DNA of 63,706 bases, counting the filler, from Lenisia limosa (taxonomy: Eukaryota > Protista > Breviatea): assembly GCA_001655205.1 (NCBI GenBank). It is 13 parts of 13 records of this genome, joined end to end, with 100 filler letters (N's around TTAATTAATTAA, not from the genome) between each part and the next. Parts side by side here need not be neighbours in the genome. Positions count along the whole stretch, not along the records: positions 48,762 to 52,610 come from LPNZ01011400.1; positions 52,711 to 56,368 come from LPNZ01011081.1; positions 56,469 to 62,354 come from LPNZ01000888.1; positions 62,455 to 63,706 come from LPNZ01001235.1; 9 more parts are not named here. One strand, 5' to 3'. Both the position numbers and the translations under genes were made by a program. Position 1 is the stretch's first letter; each line of letters opens with the position of its first letter. A model generated the notes under the pieces. That model was not told the origin of the DNA. It worked only from the letters and a program-made list of their open reading frames with translations, and made no database searches. This document shows, in pieces, positions 49,510 to 62,586 of this stretch.

Positions 49510-52500
49510 AGCCCCCCCGAACATTTAGCCTCGGCCTTTCCGGCCCGGGTGGTGGCAGCTGACAGGGCCTCGCCTTTCTCAATATTCTGCTGGTGGTACG
49601 ATTCAATAATACCGTTGGCGTCCTATGGTGGGGGGGGGGGNNNNNNNNNNNNNNNNNNNNNNNNNNNNNNNNNNNNNNNNNNNNNNNNNNNNNNNNNNNN
49701 NNNNNNNNNNNNNNNNNNNNNNNNNNNNNNNNNNNNNNNNNNNNNNNNNNNNNNNNNNNNNNNNNNNNNTTCAAATTCACAATGAAAGAAGGGAAGTGTT
49801 TCCGCCCTCAAACAGTGATTTTGCTTTGAGCATCAGTCTTCAGTCGGTGGTATAAACTCTCAAGCTGGGCGTCTAAATTGTCAAAAGTTGAAGATGGAGT
49901 GAAACAATTTTATAATAATAGAATATGAAAACCCACAGGCGATTAACATTTACAATTGCTATTAAGAACAACCGCCCTCACATTTCTCCTTGAGGAAGAG
50001 GTTTTCTTCGGTCATCTTGTTATGCGCAGCCTTAATTTCGTCATTGGACTTCTTATACAGCTGGTAGTGCTGCTTCATGTCCTCGAATGCCTTGGTGGTC
50101 TCCTGCATGCGAAGAATTGCGTCGTTCTGGCGTGAGGAAGGGGTAAAGGGTGGAAGAAATTGGGATTACAATATGGACTACTGAAAAAATATCAATGATG
50201 CTATGGAACTGTTACATAATACCATGTCTCACCTTTGCCTTCAAGGAGCTACTGTTCAAGTCTTCTGAAGCTTTAAGCCGGGACTCTGTGCTCTCCTACA
50301 TTATAAAATAAAGCACATACAAGAACTACTTAAGAAAATTAAAACTTTCCATCAGAAATGTTCCATGGATATGAAAAGGGACAAAAACCCAGTCTCCAAA
50401 AATATCAATGATTTCGACTATTTGTCACTGCAGCATTCCAACCTGTGCTTGAATGGCTTCTTCAGCAATCATGCTCGTTTCCTTGGCCTTGCTTTGAGCC
50501 TCTTCAAGCTCGGTGAGAGCACTGTTCAGTCGAAGCTACAGTGTCATAACTCTGAACGAAATTGCTCTATGTTTCATGAATGTTCCATTTTACCACCCTA
50601 TGATCATTAGTACCCCCCCCCCCCCCNNNNNNNNNNNNNNNNNNNNNNNNNNNNNNNNNNNNNNNNNNNNNNNNNNNNNNNNNNNNNNNNNNNNNNNNTG
50701 CGAACGTCCTTCGATTTCCTCTATCTTGCGACTCAGCGCCACAACCTGCTTATTGTTTTCAAGAGCCAAAGTGGCCTCAGCCAGTTTTTGTTCAAGTTCA
50801 GCGGCACGTGCTCCCTGGTTGAGGGCGCTGCCGAGGCTCTGCTCCAGCTCCTCAATGCGGCGGGCGTATTGTTCACTTTGCGCGCCTTGTTGCGCCATTT
50901 CAACCATTTTCGCGTCAAGCTGGGGAGTAAAAGGGACCATTTATAACACAAGTTCAACTGCGGGTGAATATGTAGCAAAAAAGAAGTATCTGTACGAACA
51001 TAAAGAGACTCACCACTATCTATCTGTTTTTATGATGTCATGATTATCTATTGTCAGTAGTAATATTAACAAGTTTTTATGCTAAAAGGTTTTTGTTTTC
51101 AAACTCAAATAATGAGATCCCTTATATTTACAGATAGTGGCGAGTCTCTTAGTGTTCGTACATGCCGATTACATTATGTAATGCTACTGCCAAACAATAT
51201 CCCATATACAGGAGGCATATAAGATGATATCAATAAAACACAAGCTATGCTCAGCTTAAAAAAAAAAAATAAGGATCAAGAAAATACCACATGTGATGTA
51301 TTATTTAGACTCACCTGGGTGATGTAAGCGAGACGTTCAGCGTCGGTTTTCTGGAGTGCGTTGATACTGGTCCTGGCGTCCGTGGCAACTATCTCCAGGT
51401 TGGCAATGGTGTTCTGGGCGGCAGCGGCGTTTTGTTCTAAAGTCGCAATGTCCGCGGACCGGGACTCAGCCAGGTGGGAAGCGGAAGCCAGTTCAGTTCG
51501 CAACTGGGTGACCTCGGACTCGTGGATAGACTGCTTGTCAGCAACTGTTTGGTTGGAGGCGCTGATGTGGTTCTCCAGCGTCTGGATCGTTTCTGGTGGA
51601 TGAGAAGGAGCTATAGAAAAAACAAAATCATTTAATGCAGACCAACGTCTACACATAAAGGCAGAATAGCCAAATGATAGCTACCTATCATTTGTAAGCA
51701 CATACAACGAAATGACTCCAAACAAAAAGACAGCTTAAAAACGTTCTCTATATAAAGCGCCAATACAAATTGATGTTCATACCTTTCAACATAGTATGCT
51801 GTTCAATTGCTTGGGCTGAAGAGACTTGGAGGTCCTCAAATTGCTGTTGGACACTTTCCTAAAAAGGTAAGTCCACCAGAACATCTGTGGTTCCTTTTTA
51901 TCAGGTAAGATTGTGAGACCAACTCAGATATTGTGAGGAAATAGTTTCAATGAATATTAATATCAATATAATACTGGTCTTTGTTGCCAAATATGTATCT
52001 GGCCAAAGCCGTCCACACCCTCACGCTAAGAAGTGATCTGATGATAGTATTCGCTATTTTGGGTAAGTAAGTGACCCTCATACCTGGGCAGTAATGGCTT
52101 CCTCGGCAATTGCAGCAGTTTCCTTAGCCTCGTGATGCACCCTGATCAGCTCATCCGTTGCTGTCGCCAATTCAGCCTACACGTTAAAGGGAATAATAAA
52201 TTGTCCGTGATAATAATTCAAGATCTGTAACCCAAGACTATCCATGGTCACTGCAGCAAGTGAATCACCTCATGTCTGAAAATACATATGTATGTACATA
52301 ACTAGAACAAAAAAAAAAAAAAAAAAAANNNNNNNNNNNNNNNNNNNNNNNNNNNNNNNNNNNNNNNNNNNNNNNNNNNNNNNNNNNNNNNNNNNNNNNN
52401 GAAACACAGTATTGGAAATAATGTCGTAGCGGAGAGTTATGGTACACAGAAAAATACGCCCTCCCATACGGTCAGCTCCTGGTTCTTGACATCTCTTTCG

Positions 52501-52610
52501 TTCATGGCCTTCATGGCTTCAGCCTTGACAGTCTCGAGCTCCTGTGTCAACCCAGCCACAAGCTGCTCACGTGACTCAATGGCGCTATCGAAAGCGTCAG
52601 TGGCGGTCTT
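49510..52610 (-). CDS. Long coiled-coil protein, multi-exon, partial
   Basis: Heptad-rich exons such as ETIQTLENHISASNQTVADKQSIHESEVTQLRTELASA, LDAKMVEMAQQGAQSEQYARRIEELEQSLG and NDAILRMQETTKAFEDMKQHYQLYKKSNDEI. Confidence 0.75.
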
Positions 52611-53279
52611 NNNNNNNNNNNNNNNNNNNNNNNNNNNNNNNNNNNNNNNNNNNNTTAATTAATTAANNNNNNNNNNNNNNNNNNNNNNNNNNNNNNNNNN
52701 NNNNNNNNNNGACAAGAATTGGGAAGTTTGTAAGAATTGAGGAGGTTATTGTAAGGGGTTATTTGCATTGTTATTAAGGGGAGTCGTCATATAAGATATA
52801 AATATGTATATATAAGGAGGGGGTAGGGTCCAGAAACAATGTGTATATAATAGAGAAAAGCTGAATACAGGTTGGAAGAGTTATTTAGATACGGGTAAGG
52901 CAATTGACAACTCTTCAATGAAGAGAACAGAGAGAGAAGAAAAAGAAGGGTATCACTAAAGAAAAAAGACAAATATCATTTTTAGACAAGTTGCCCGATC
53001 CCACGACCTCTTATTCAAAAACCAACAAAAATCAATCTGATGTTCATTTGACCACTAAAACAATGGCGCGCAAAATATCTGCTTTTGGTCCACTTTAAAA
53101 CTATCTAAATCAATTTCACACTTTATATAGGAGGAAAGGGGACAAAAGATCAACAGTGTGTATAAAACCCTGTGTAAGAAAAAAAGTTTCTCTCCAATTG
53201 CTCTTCCACCTTTTCAGTGCAAATTACATTCAGATTAAGGTGGGCGTATCTCATTAAATTAAATACACTTTACTTCCAT

Positions 53280-54206
53280 TAATCATTCACAGAAATCGAC
53301 TGATGAGCCAGTTTAATGGTAAATAATGCATGAATCAACTTACGGCTCGAATGTCTCGTTTGAGAACACAGTCGACCATAACGCATGAGTTGCCCGTTCA
53401 AGACACCTTTTACAATATGTTTCGGAATAGTGGAATGGATAGATATGTGAATATTGATTGACTCTAAAACAAAAATCCCTGCGTTAATCGTATATTGAAG
53501 TATTGATATAATTCCTATGAATGTTAACCTGTATACCAAGATTACCCACTTCAGTTGTGGAAGCATATGTTTGTGATAATTGCAGATAGGGTGGGTAGGG
53601 TCAATATCAACAGATATTGGAAATATGTTTATGAAAGCTATGATGAGGGTCAATCAAGAGAGTATCATCAATAAACCTGATGGCGTTGTTGAAGGTTGAT
53701 ATCACTGTGTCGTCCTGGTGACTCGAGATAAGTCCCTTTCGTGGCGATACAACCCAAGGTTAGCGAGCAGAGGAGCTGCATTGGTACCCATGGGTAGGCC
53801 GACCGTTTGATGAAAGGTGAGATCACCATTATGAACATAAGTATTCGAAACAACCCAGTGAAGAAGATCATAGATATCAGATTTAGACAAGACACTATTG
53901 GTTCCATGTTGGCGTTGAACAAATCCAGATTTGAGACATAATTTCAGATGGTCAATAGAGATGTTATCCCGTTCAGAAATATGAGTGAAAGCTTCGTCAA
54001 CTACGCTTTTAACATCATTATGAGGTCAGACAACTTGGTATAGAGTGTTGAGAAATCATATGAAACAGTGAATGGGCAGTTCCAAGATGATTAATTCGTT
54101 GTGCAGTCTGCTCAGCAGAATGGGTTATAATATGATGGCGTTGGCCAGATGAAGCAATATTCAATAGGTCTTTAGCATACAGCGTACAAGATATTGTACA
54201 TATCAA
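53280..54206 (-). mobile_element. Degenerate, 5'-truncated Penelope-like retroelement reverse transcriptase
   Basis: Motifs in order: YDFSTLYT (54060-54037), FHQTVGLPMGTNAAPLLANLGLY, FNNAIRFIDD (RFIDD at 53678-53664), YPPYLQL, SIYD*RRDF and GVLNGQLMRYGRLC. Frameshifts and in-frame stops are present, and no spliceosomal introns. Confidence 0.85.
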
Positions 54207-54289
54207 ATAGTCTATATATATTTATATATACTATGTAATAATGACCCAAAAAAAAATGTGAAAAAAACATCAAACCATTGATACATTCT

Positions 54290-55124
54290 TTGCAGATGGA
54301 TCGGAGCTTGACTCTACACTTAGTTGTTTGATATTATCTGTTGAACCAAGCTGAATTAATGTTGAACACATCTAATAAGTTAAAAAAACGACAGTTATCA
54401 CAGTCTGGTCACAATAACCAACACTCCTAATGAGTCGAAGAAGGCTAATTACAAACCATGGCCAAGGAATACCATGATACTGGAAATTACCCATTTGATT
54501 CTGATTTGTCACAACCTGAACAATCATTAATATGAAACCATATGGGCAAGAATATATTAGCAATAATGGAAATAATTTGAGTTCAGAAATGTATGGGAGA
54601 CAGCGTGACACCGCACAGCAAATCAAAAATTAATCATTTTAGAAACATTTACCAATAACCATCCATTCCCAAGAAGCTCTTTAAGAAGGCAGAAAGCAGA
54701 CAGGTCAAAGGAGATCGTTCAGCCATTGAGAGAGATCTTACGGGAAGATCCTGAAAAAGTTAATTTCTTCATCAAAATGTTATCTAAGTCAAAGTACGAC
54801 CAAAAAGAAGGAAGAGAGGAGCAGAAGGAAGCATAAATTAAGCTCAATTGAGCCTAATGATAACAAAAAAACCCAACTTTAGAGAGCGTAGCCAAGGTCA
54901 TGAAAAGTTCTTGAAATCTGACGCATAGAGTCATCTTTTGTCGATGTAAGCAACCTATTTGTTTTAAAAAGAAGAGAACACTTGTGAACCTCAAGAAGTT
55001 GTCTTCCAAAACTGATCAGCAGCTCAAACAAACTTTCGTCTTCAGAGTAATCACCTTTCTCAAAACTCCTTAAACAAGGATTTTCAACTAAATAGCATCT
55101 AAGCATCCTTGAATCACTTAACAA
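54290..55124 (-). CDS. Possible AP-complex large subunit (AP-4 epsilon / AP-2 alpha-like) exons
   Basis: FQYHGIPWPWFVISLLRLIRSVG resembles the recalled adaptin motif YH.vPaPw.q.klLrll. Flanking exons have AG/GT borders. Confidence 0.35.
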
Positions 55125-55671
55125 ACGTTAAGCTTTGAAAAAAGGAGTGAAAAAAAAAAAATGTTTATAGTCACTTATTACATTAGTTACATATGAGCAC
55201 CTTAAACATCTTTAAAAAATGCGCCAAAACCTCTCTAGAATATNNNNNNNNNNNNNNNNNNNNNNNNNNNNNNNNNNNNNNNNNNNNNNNNNNNNNNNNN
55301 NNNNNNNNNNNNNNNNNNNNNNNNNNNNNNNNNNNNNNNNNNNNNNNNNNNNNNNNNNNNNNNNNNNNNNNNNTTATCTTACAATATGACATTTTCCATT
55401 TTCCGTCGGGTACCTGATTGCTCATATTCCCTCGGCGCAGGTTCTTCGGGAATGGCATGGTGCATTTTCTTGGTTGTTTTGCGGAGGTTCCGAGGAAAGA
55501 ACGAGACATAGCCGAGTGAGGACCGAGGAACCTCCTTTAAAAAATGCACCCATGCCGTATTCCGGAAACATAACATATACCCGATGAAATATATGAGAAA
55601 TGTCATATTTTGAGTGATCTCAAGCAAAAAGGTTCGTCATATAAAAAACTTTTCCAAAATTCAGTGAAGCA

Positions 55672-56070
55672 GACAAGTTGGTTTCAAAATTATGTCCTTA
55701 AAACAAGTCTATACAACGGGTGAGCACATAAGATAGTCCGTTAGAGTGAAAAAAACGAAAAAAACAATCCCCTCCGACTTAGACATACGCAACTAGAGAC
55801 CAAAAACAGTCAAAATTTCCCTCAGTCCCTCACCCCCCAAAACTGGATCTTGGACCTTGCTTTTCAATTCTGACCAAGTTGGTTTCAAATTAATGTCCTT
55901 AAAACACGTCTATACAACGGGTGAGCACATAAGATAGTCCCTTAGGGAGAAAAAAATGAAAAAAAAATTCCCCTCCGACTTAGACATACGCAAAAACTGG
56001 ATCCTGAACCTTGCTTTTGAATTCTAACCAAGTTGATTTAGAAATTATGTCCTGAAAACACTCTACGGAC
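55672..56070. repeat. ~200-bp tandem duplication (2 full + 1 partial unit)
   Basis: caagttggtttcaaa.t.atgtccttaaaac..gtctatacaacgggtgagcacataagatagtcc...cccctccgacttagacatacgcaa is repeated; a related short motif lies at ~63480 in reverse. Confidence 0.85.
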
Positions 56071-56818
56071 TAGCTTATGTTCCTACACGTTGCAAAGACG
56101 AGAAAAAAAAAACCCCTAAAGGTGGGGTAAACCCTAACGACCTGTACGAATTTCCAAGAAAAAAAAAAACCCCTTTACCCGCGATGAGGTGAGGGGGGTC
56201 AAAAAAAAAACCCCGCGTTACCTGCGATGAAAGATATTGGACCAGGGCAATAAGTTGGGCAAAAAAAAACCCCCCTTACCCGCAGTGAGGTAAGGGGGGT
56301 CGGGGGTTGAAAAGCAATGGAAGAGAGAAACTCTCACATGCTTCGGGAGAAGTATTGGGTCAAACAAANNNNNNNNNNNNNNNNNNNNNNNNNNNNNNNN
56401 NNNNNNNNNNNNTTAATTAATTAANNNNNNNNNNNNNNNNNNNNNNNNNNNNNNNNNNNNNNNNNNNNGAGGTGGCGGCGGATCTGGGAATTTCTTTCCC
56501 CGATCCAACCGTGGGTACAGTCCAACTGAAGGGCCCGGCTCGGGGAAGGAATTCTGCCTGTTCAGTTTCTGCCCTCTCCTCTCCTCTGCCGCACACTCTA
56601 CTACTGCATGCATCATTAAAAAAAATATAAAAGAGAAATCCAAAAGAAACTATAAAGGTGAAAGCAAGGCTGAGGGCTTCACATACAACAGAAACTAAGA
56701 CATTCACTCCCAACCACCTCCTTCCTAGATCCAAGAAGATGAAAACGAAAGTATGCCTTTATGCTTTTAATCAACGAAAAAGAAATCTTGTGCTCCAATG
56801 CTCATTTTTTTTTCCCAG

Positions 56819-58039
56819 GAAACAGTGAAATCTGGGATGCTTGACAAGAAAGGCCGTGTGAATAAGTCGTGGAAGACTCGATTCTGGGTGTTGACTTCTG
56901 ATACAGTCGGCAAGTTGTGGCATTATTGTTCACTTTTTTTTTTGCAAGTTGCTTCGTTTTCAGCCACGCCTTATCAACCCTTTAAGACATCTTGGCCTCC
57001 ATCTCATGTCTCCAGTTATCGTATTACAAAAGCGATGACTCCGAAGCTCCATTGGGGAGTATACCCCTTGGTGAAGTTAGTGCCTCTGTGGGGGGGGGGG
57101 GAGGATGAGGTTCCAGATCATTTGGGTCATTAATATTTGTGTGAACAATCATTTCCCACGCAGTGTATTCACCTCAAATCCACTCGTATGATAATTGCGC
57201 GACAAGTCTCAATGATACCCTGATACTTGGGATAAGCCCATTATTTCAACTCGAAAGTCGGGCATATGATTAGATAACACTGGTGGATATGGATCAACAT
57301 ATTGATATTATTGGTTTTTCTCACCACACAGCCCATAGACCCTCCCGACAAGGACCACAGCTACTCATTTGAGGTGGTAACGAGGACTAGGACATATGTC
57401 ATTGCTGCAGGGTCGAGAAAGGAGTCACAGGCTTGGGTCAAGGCCATCAATGAACAGTAGGAGTTTGGTTCTCTATCTAGCAGCGCTTTTTTGTCTTTTC
57501 GAGCTCTGATTACCTCTTTTCTCACTTGGTTTTTGTTTTATCACTTCTTAGAACAGTGTTAACGGCAGAGAATGACTACATATCCCAGGTATGGACTATG
57601 AGTAATGCCATCGCAACTGTTACTCCTACACTGGTGAAGGACTTTATTATTTCGCTGACTTTGCTGTATCAGGAGAGCCGTTGGAGTTGAGCACATGATG
57701 ACAGTTTAGTTGGAGCTGACGATATCGCGACAAGCCTATGCGAGGGTCCTAGATGCCGAAGCTGCTGACCCCATCAAAGAAATAGACGTCCTGGTTGGAA
57801 TTGTTTCAGTCAATATTGAACACATTACTAATGTTGTTGATTCAACATTAACCACCCAGGGAATAAGTGTGAGTCTTGCAGACGATCCTCTTGCTTTTGC
57901 TCCGCCTTTAGAAAGTATGGGGATGGTGATGGGGATGGGGATGTTATTTTGTACCCAATGGCGAATTGTTTTGGTTTTGGATACCTTCCATAACCAGTAT
58001 TTATTTATCCAGACCAAAGTTAAGAGAAATCTTGAGTGA
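56819..58039 (+). CDS. PH-domain protein, partial
   Basis: ETVKSGMLDKKGRVNKSWKTRFWVLTSDT | LSYYKSDDSEAPLGSIPLGE | ...YSFEVVTRTRTYVIAAGSRKESQAWVKAINE gives a complete PH fold pattern including the C-terminal helix Trp. Confidence 0.88.
57173..57292. mobile_element. MITE-like family F copy
   Basis: Reverse-orientation, internally shorter copy of 46721-46858, in an intron of the PH-domain gene. Confidence 0.65.
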
Positions 58040-58419
58040 CAAAGCCTGGAAGTTACGGCAACTGAATTAACTATTGGACCAAAATGGTCCTCATGTCTTT
58101 TCTTATTATTTAATCAGGTAGCACCCTGTCATAGAATAGGGGAAAGTGCCAGATGCCTGTGTTTGGTTGAATTAGTACAGCTTTCAAATATGATATCATT
58201 AAAAAACAAAACTAAAAATACAAGTACAACATATTACAATAAAACACAAGAACACATGGGTCATTTAGATGAAGGTTTACAAAGCCTCACACGAGACCAA
58301 TCCACAGATATATCTCCTAAAGTGTGAGAAATAATCCATGCAGGCAAATATGAAGTACTCTCATAATACTAATGAGGTGAATGAAAATTATTCCAATGGT
58401 TAGACGACTGTGCGTCCCT

Positions 58420-61400
58420 TTTCTTATTTCTCATTTCTACATATACGATATGACAAAGTGTGACAAAAGGATGTGCATACCAGATTGAAGAATGGCTCTC
58501 CAGGTGAATGGAGTGAAGAACTGAAGTCATAACGGTGCGAAGACAAACCAACCTTAAAAGGCTCCTTTTCCTCCTCATATGAAAACAAGATATCAGAGAC
58601 AGCCTGGAAACCAGAAATGTTGTCATTGGGGTTGGAAGAGATGATTCGGAGGATGTCCTCGGAGGTGATGGGTTGAGGTAAAGACTCCACCGAAAGTCGA
58701 TACCACCGGATCACCTGAAAATATGAGTATTTCGTAAAATATTGTTTTGAATCTTTAGAAATGAACAGGTCAAAATGGTATCGCAGCTGAACATAAAAGT
58801 CTGATTGCACTCTCCCTCACAAGCTGAATATTGCCTAGCTGGTCCGCGACAAGGGGGTGACAGTATTCACAGCTGTATTCTTCTTGACTATAGAGAAGTG
58901 CATGAACCTGCAGTGGGGGTGGGGGTAAAAAGAAGGACATTTCGATGAAGAATATTGGCGTAAAAGTACTAATCACGAACCGAATAATCTGAAACTCCAA
59001 ACAAACAAAAAACAAGCCGTCCCAAGCATACGACCAAAACAAACCCAAAACTGAATTGAACTGATATCCAGGTTAATACGGACATACTAGAGATGGGCAC
59101 TGTCCGGGGTGGGGAGTCAAGGCCAGAAGGAGGCAATCAAGGGACATGGTCATGAGATGCGCAAGGTCATTGGCTCGTTTACCCTGAGAATGAACAACCA
59201 AGCAAAAGTCACTGAAGTGATCACCCTTCCAACCAAAGATTCATCAAGAGAGTTGTTGTTGTCCGTTTGTAGCTTAGTATAGCGCTTTTGGATTTCAGGA
59301 TACAATCGGACCAGTCTCTGTGACGCGCAACTTCGGAGACCGCCTGAAGTGTCAAGCTGAATTTGGCAATTCAGTGATCAGCCCACAAACCGTGTCTAAT
59401 GGCTACAATGTTACTGAGACATGCCAGGATATTGGACTGAAAGGCAAACGCCTGGGATGTGAGATGATTGCTGGGTACTCTTCTAATTACCGTGTAAGTT
59501 GATAAGGCCTGGAGACACGATGACGACACGGCCGAAATCGCCAAGTCACCCAAAGGCAAATCCACTGCCGAAAATGCTGAAAGGGGGTCGATAGGAGAGA
59601 CTTGCTGAAGTGTCAGTCAGAATAGAGACATTTTGCATACAATCAACAAAACAGTACTACCATAATAAAAGAATGTGATGGCATACCGTGGAGAAGAGAG
59701 CTGTAGCAGAAGAAGAGCCAGAGACAATCAACAAGGAAATTCCGGCAACAAACACATGTTGGGGGGAGTAAGACTGGATGGCGATGAGCCATGAGGCTTG
59801 AAGGAGGAATGACAAGTTGCTAGACAGATGGCAAACCTTTGTGTGAGCCACGACATTGAGCATTTTCATGACCAAATGAGAGGCGTTCTTTGTTTCCAAG
59901 GCAGCCGAAAGGAAGGTTGAGGGGTCAAGGGCAAGCATGTAGAAGAGAATGGCAACTCGTGAGTCCGAATAGTTCCTATTGTAATCAGCTCCTCCTGTCT
60001 GAAAATACTCTATCATATGATAGTACTAGAGTACGGTTAAACTGCACATTCCCATACTTACATCGCCATAAATTCTGTTGTTTTATCGATATTCACAAAG
60101 AGTGGACACCCTCGTTCAGCGTCACGTGGGTCTGGGGTAGTTAATGAGTAATATCGTGACGTCATAGAAACATGTCTTATCATACCAGTGTCAGTAATTG
60201 AGTCAAATGTCATACGCAACTCATTTGGAAGGTCTGAGCAATAAGAACAAAAATATCTCAACATGAAACAATTTAATAAGAATTATGAAGTACAAGTGCC
60301 ATCATACATGTATCACAATCGTCAACATACTGCTGGTGAATCAGGAGGGCAAGGAGTGCCTAAATAATGAAAAATTGCCGGTCAAAAAAACGTGTGCAAT
60401 AAGGTTTCAAGACCCACATTTAACGCATGACTGGAAGGAGATGCCATATAACGTTTTTGTTGATTCACTAAATAGTCAGAAACTGACCGCTTTTTTTTTA
60501 AAGAGAAAACAACAGTATTGAAGTTGATAACAAAACATAAGTCTTTTGCTATTACTCTGGCAATAAATAAAACAGTCAAACTCACAAAATGTTCCAAAGA
60601 TATTAATAAAGCTTTTTTCTTCTTCGAAAAGCAATAGCCCAAGAAGAGCCTAAAATATTACATGAGTACAACAACACGTAATTGGCAGACCAACCTCTGT
60701 GGACTCAACCTTGCGATAACGAAGTGAGCTGGAAGATAAAAATAAATGCAAAACATTTGCTTTGTATGAGTACGATGGTGTGGACGGCTTCGGTCAGATA
60801 CTACCTTATTTTTTTATTTCTCATTACTATATAGTATATCATATATGATATACATATGCATATATATAGTATATCATATTGATCTGGCTCTCTTGTGTAA
60901 CAGAACCTACCTCTTGATGATATCTGCGGCTTGCTTGACACCAGGGTAGTATATAACAGTTGAGCAAATGAGCGTAATCAAGTCGAGACAGGGAATAGTG
61001 CATTCATGGAGATCTGTGGTCCTGTTTTGTGAGCAACAATACAAATACAACGACTGCTCAACCCACTGTGCCGTGTGGATCACCAAGGCTAACAACGACG
61101 TAATTAGTACTTCAATGCAAGACTGATCCTGATAATGTTACAGAAAAATCGTGAAAAAGCTGCTAGTTTTCCAAATCCAAAGTTTAACAAAATTGCCTTG
61201 ACCCTAATGAAGACCCACAACCCACGGAAGAGCTGGTGATTGTCTTGGAGAAGAGTTTGCTGATTCCCTCCGGAGTAACACCCATGAAAAGTGCTTCAAT
61301 TAGAACTTTAATCACATTCTAAGAATAAAATGAGTTGACCAATGCATCCGACTCAGGTAACATATGATATGAATACTTTTAAAAATTTCAGTCTCCAACA

Positions 61401-62080
61401 ACTGGAATACCTCCTTGACATTGCTTAACTAAAAAAAGAATAGAATAATTCATGATATTGAAGGAATATCCATCCGCTTACAAGGATATTGCAGACACTT
61501 TGGGCTGAGGGAGTCTTGGTACTTTTCCCATTAACTACTTGGAACTCATCAGTGTTGTTTACTTGGCAGTACACTGCAATGTGTGCAACTGCATGCACCA
61601 AAAGAAGACGGAAGTTGTCCGTTTGCATCAGCTTTGGGCCTAGATATGTTACGCCATTAAAGGAACTAAGTATTCACTCATTTGGCCTGTCCACACATAA
61701 ATTACGTAAGGAAAGGCTTTATTATGTAAAGTATATGATATTTTATAATTTGCATATGTTCATATCTCCCCTGCTCACCAAAGAACTCAAGATGGTCAGG
61801 GTCAAGGCCATTAAACACCGATGGAGAGTCCTGAAGTGATGAGCTATACAGCAGGTTGCCACTTTAGAAACCCACATTGGTTGCAACTTTAGTCGAAGTC
61901 AGCAGCGCTTGAAACTCTGGCGATTCTTCGATAAGAGAACTGGTCCCGGCAACATCTGGACGGTGATGGACATCATGGCTTGTTTTGTACGCTGACATCC
62001 TTCACTAACTTTGGATTGCTGCAATGAATCCTTTATTTACTGGGAGCGGTGGGGAGTCTTTTGAGAACCACATCACTGCG
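58420..62080 (-). CDS. Large hypothetical protein, multi-exon, partial
   Basis: Many AG/GT-bounded helical-looking exons, e.g. PDVAGTSSLIEESPEFQALL, SFNGVTYLGPKLMQTDNFRLLL, VHALLYSQEEYSCEYCHPL and VIRWYRLSVESLPQPITSEDILRII. No family recognised. Confidence 0.55.
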
Positions 62081-62586
62081 TAGTTGTCAAGGAAACAATA
62101 AAATTACAAGAATATGAGAAGATATACATGGAGAAAGACTCAAATATTCAAAAAAGCCCGTTATTAACAGGAGTCGTTCACCCTCACCTCAAGATTCAAG
62201 AGGTGTGAGGACCCACTAAGATGCCTCTAACTTTTCTCCTGCATAGAAAGTATTTATCAGTTGTTCTTTATTTCTTTATCACTCATAGAGCTAAGATCCT
62301 GCTCAGATCGGCACATGATTCAATTTTTTGAATTTACTTTTATCGAAAGTTTTTNNNNNNNNNNNNNNNNNNNNNNNNNNNNNNNNNNNNNNNNNNNNTT
62401 AATTAATTAANNNNNNNNNNNNNNNNNNNNNNNNNNNNNNNNNNNNNNNNNNNNAGCACGGAGGGGATGGGCTGGGGGTGGGGGGATACCCTTCTTCAAG
62501 CCGGGAGGGATTTCTATTGTGTGAACGGGGAGGAATTGAAGAGTTTAGCAAAGCACTCTCGAGGCTAATTTGAGATAATAGTATTG

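Noticed and set aside
53296-53330. Hammerhead ribozyme (CTGATGAG-CCA...TGG) near the PLE
   Set aside because: Antisense to the RT, lacks the GAAA core after stem II, and lies within the RT C-terminal coding region.
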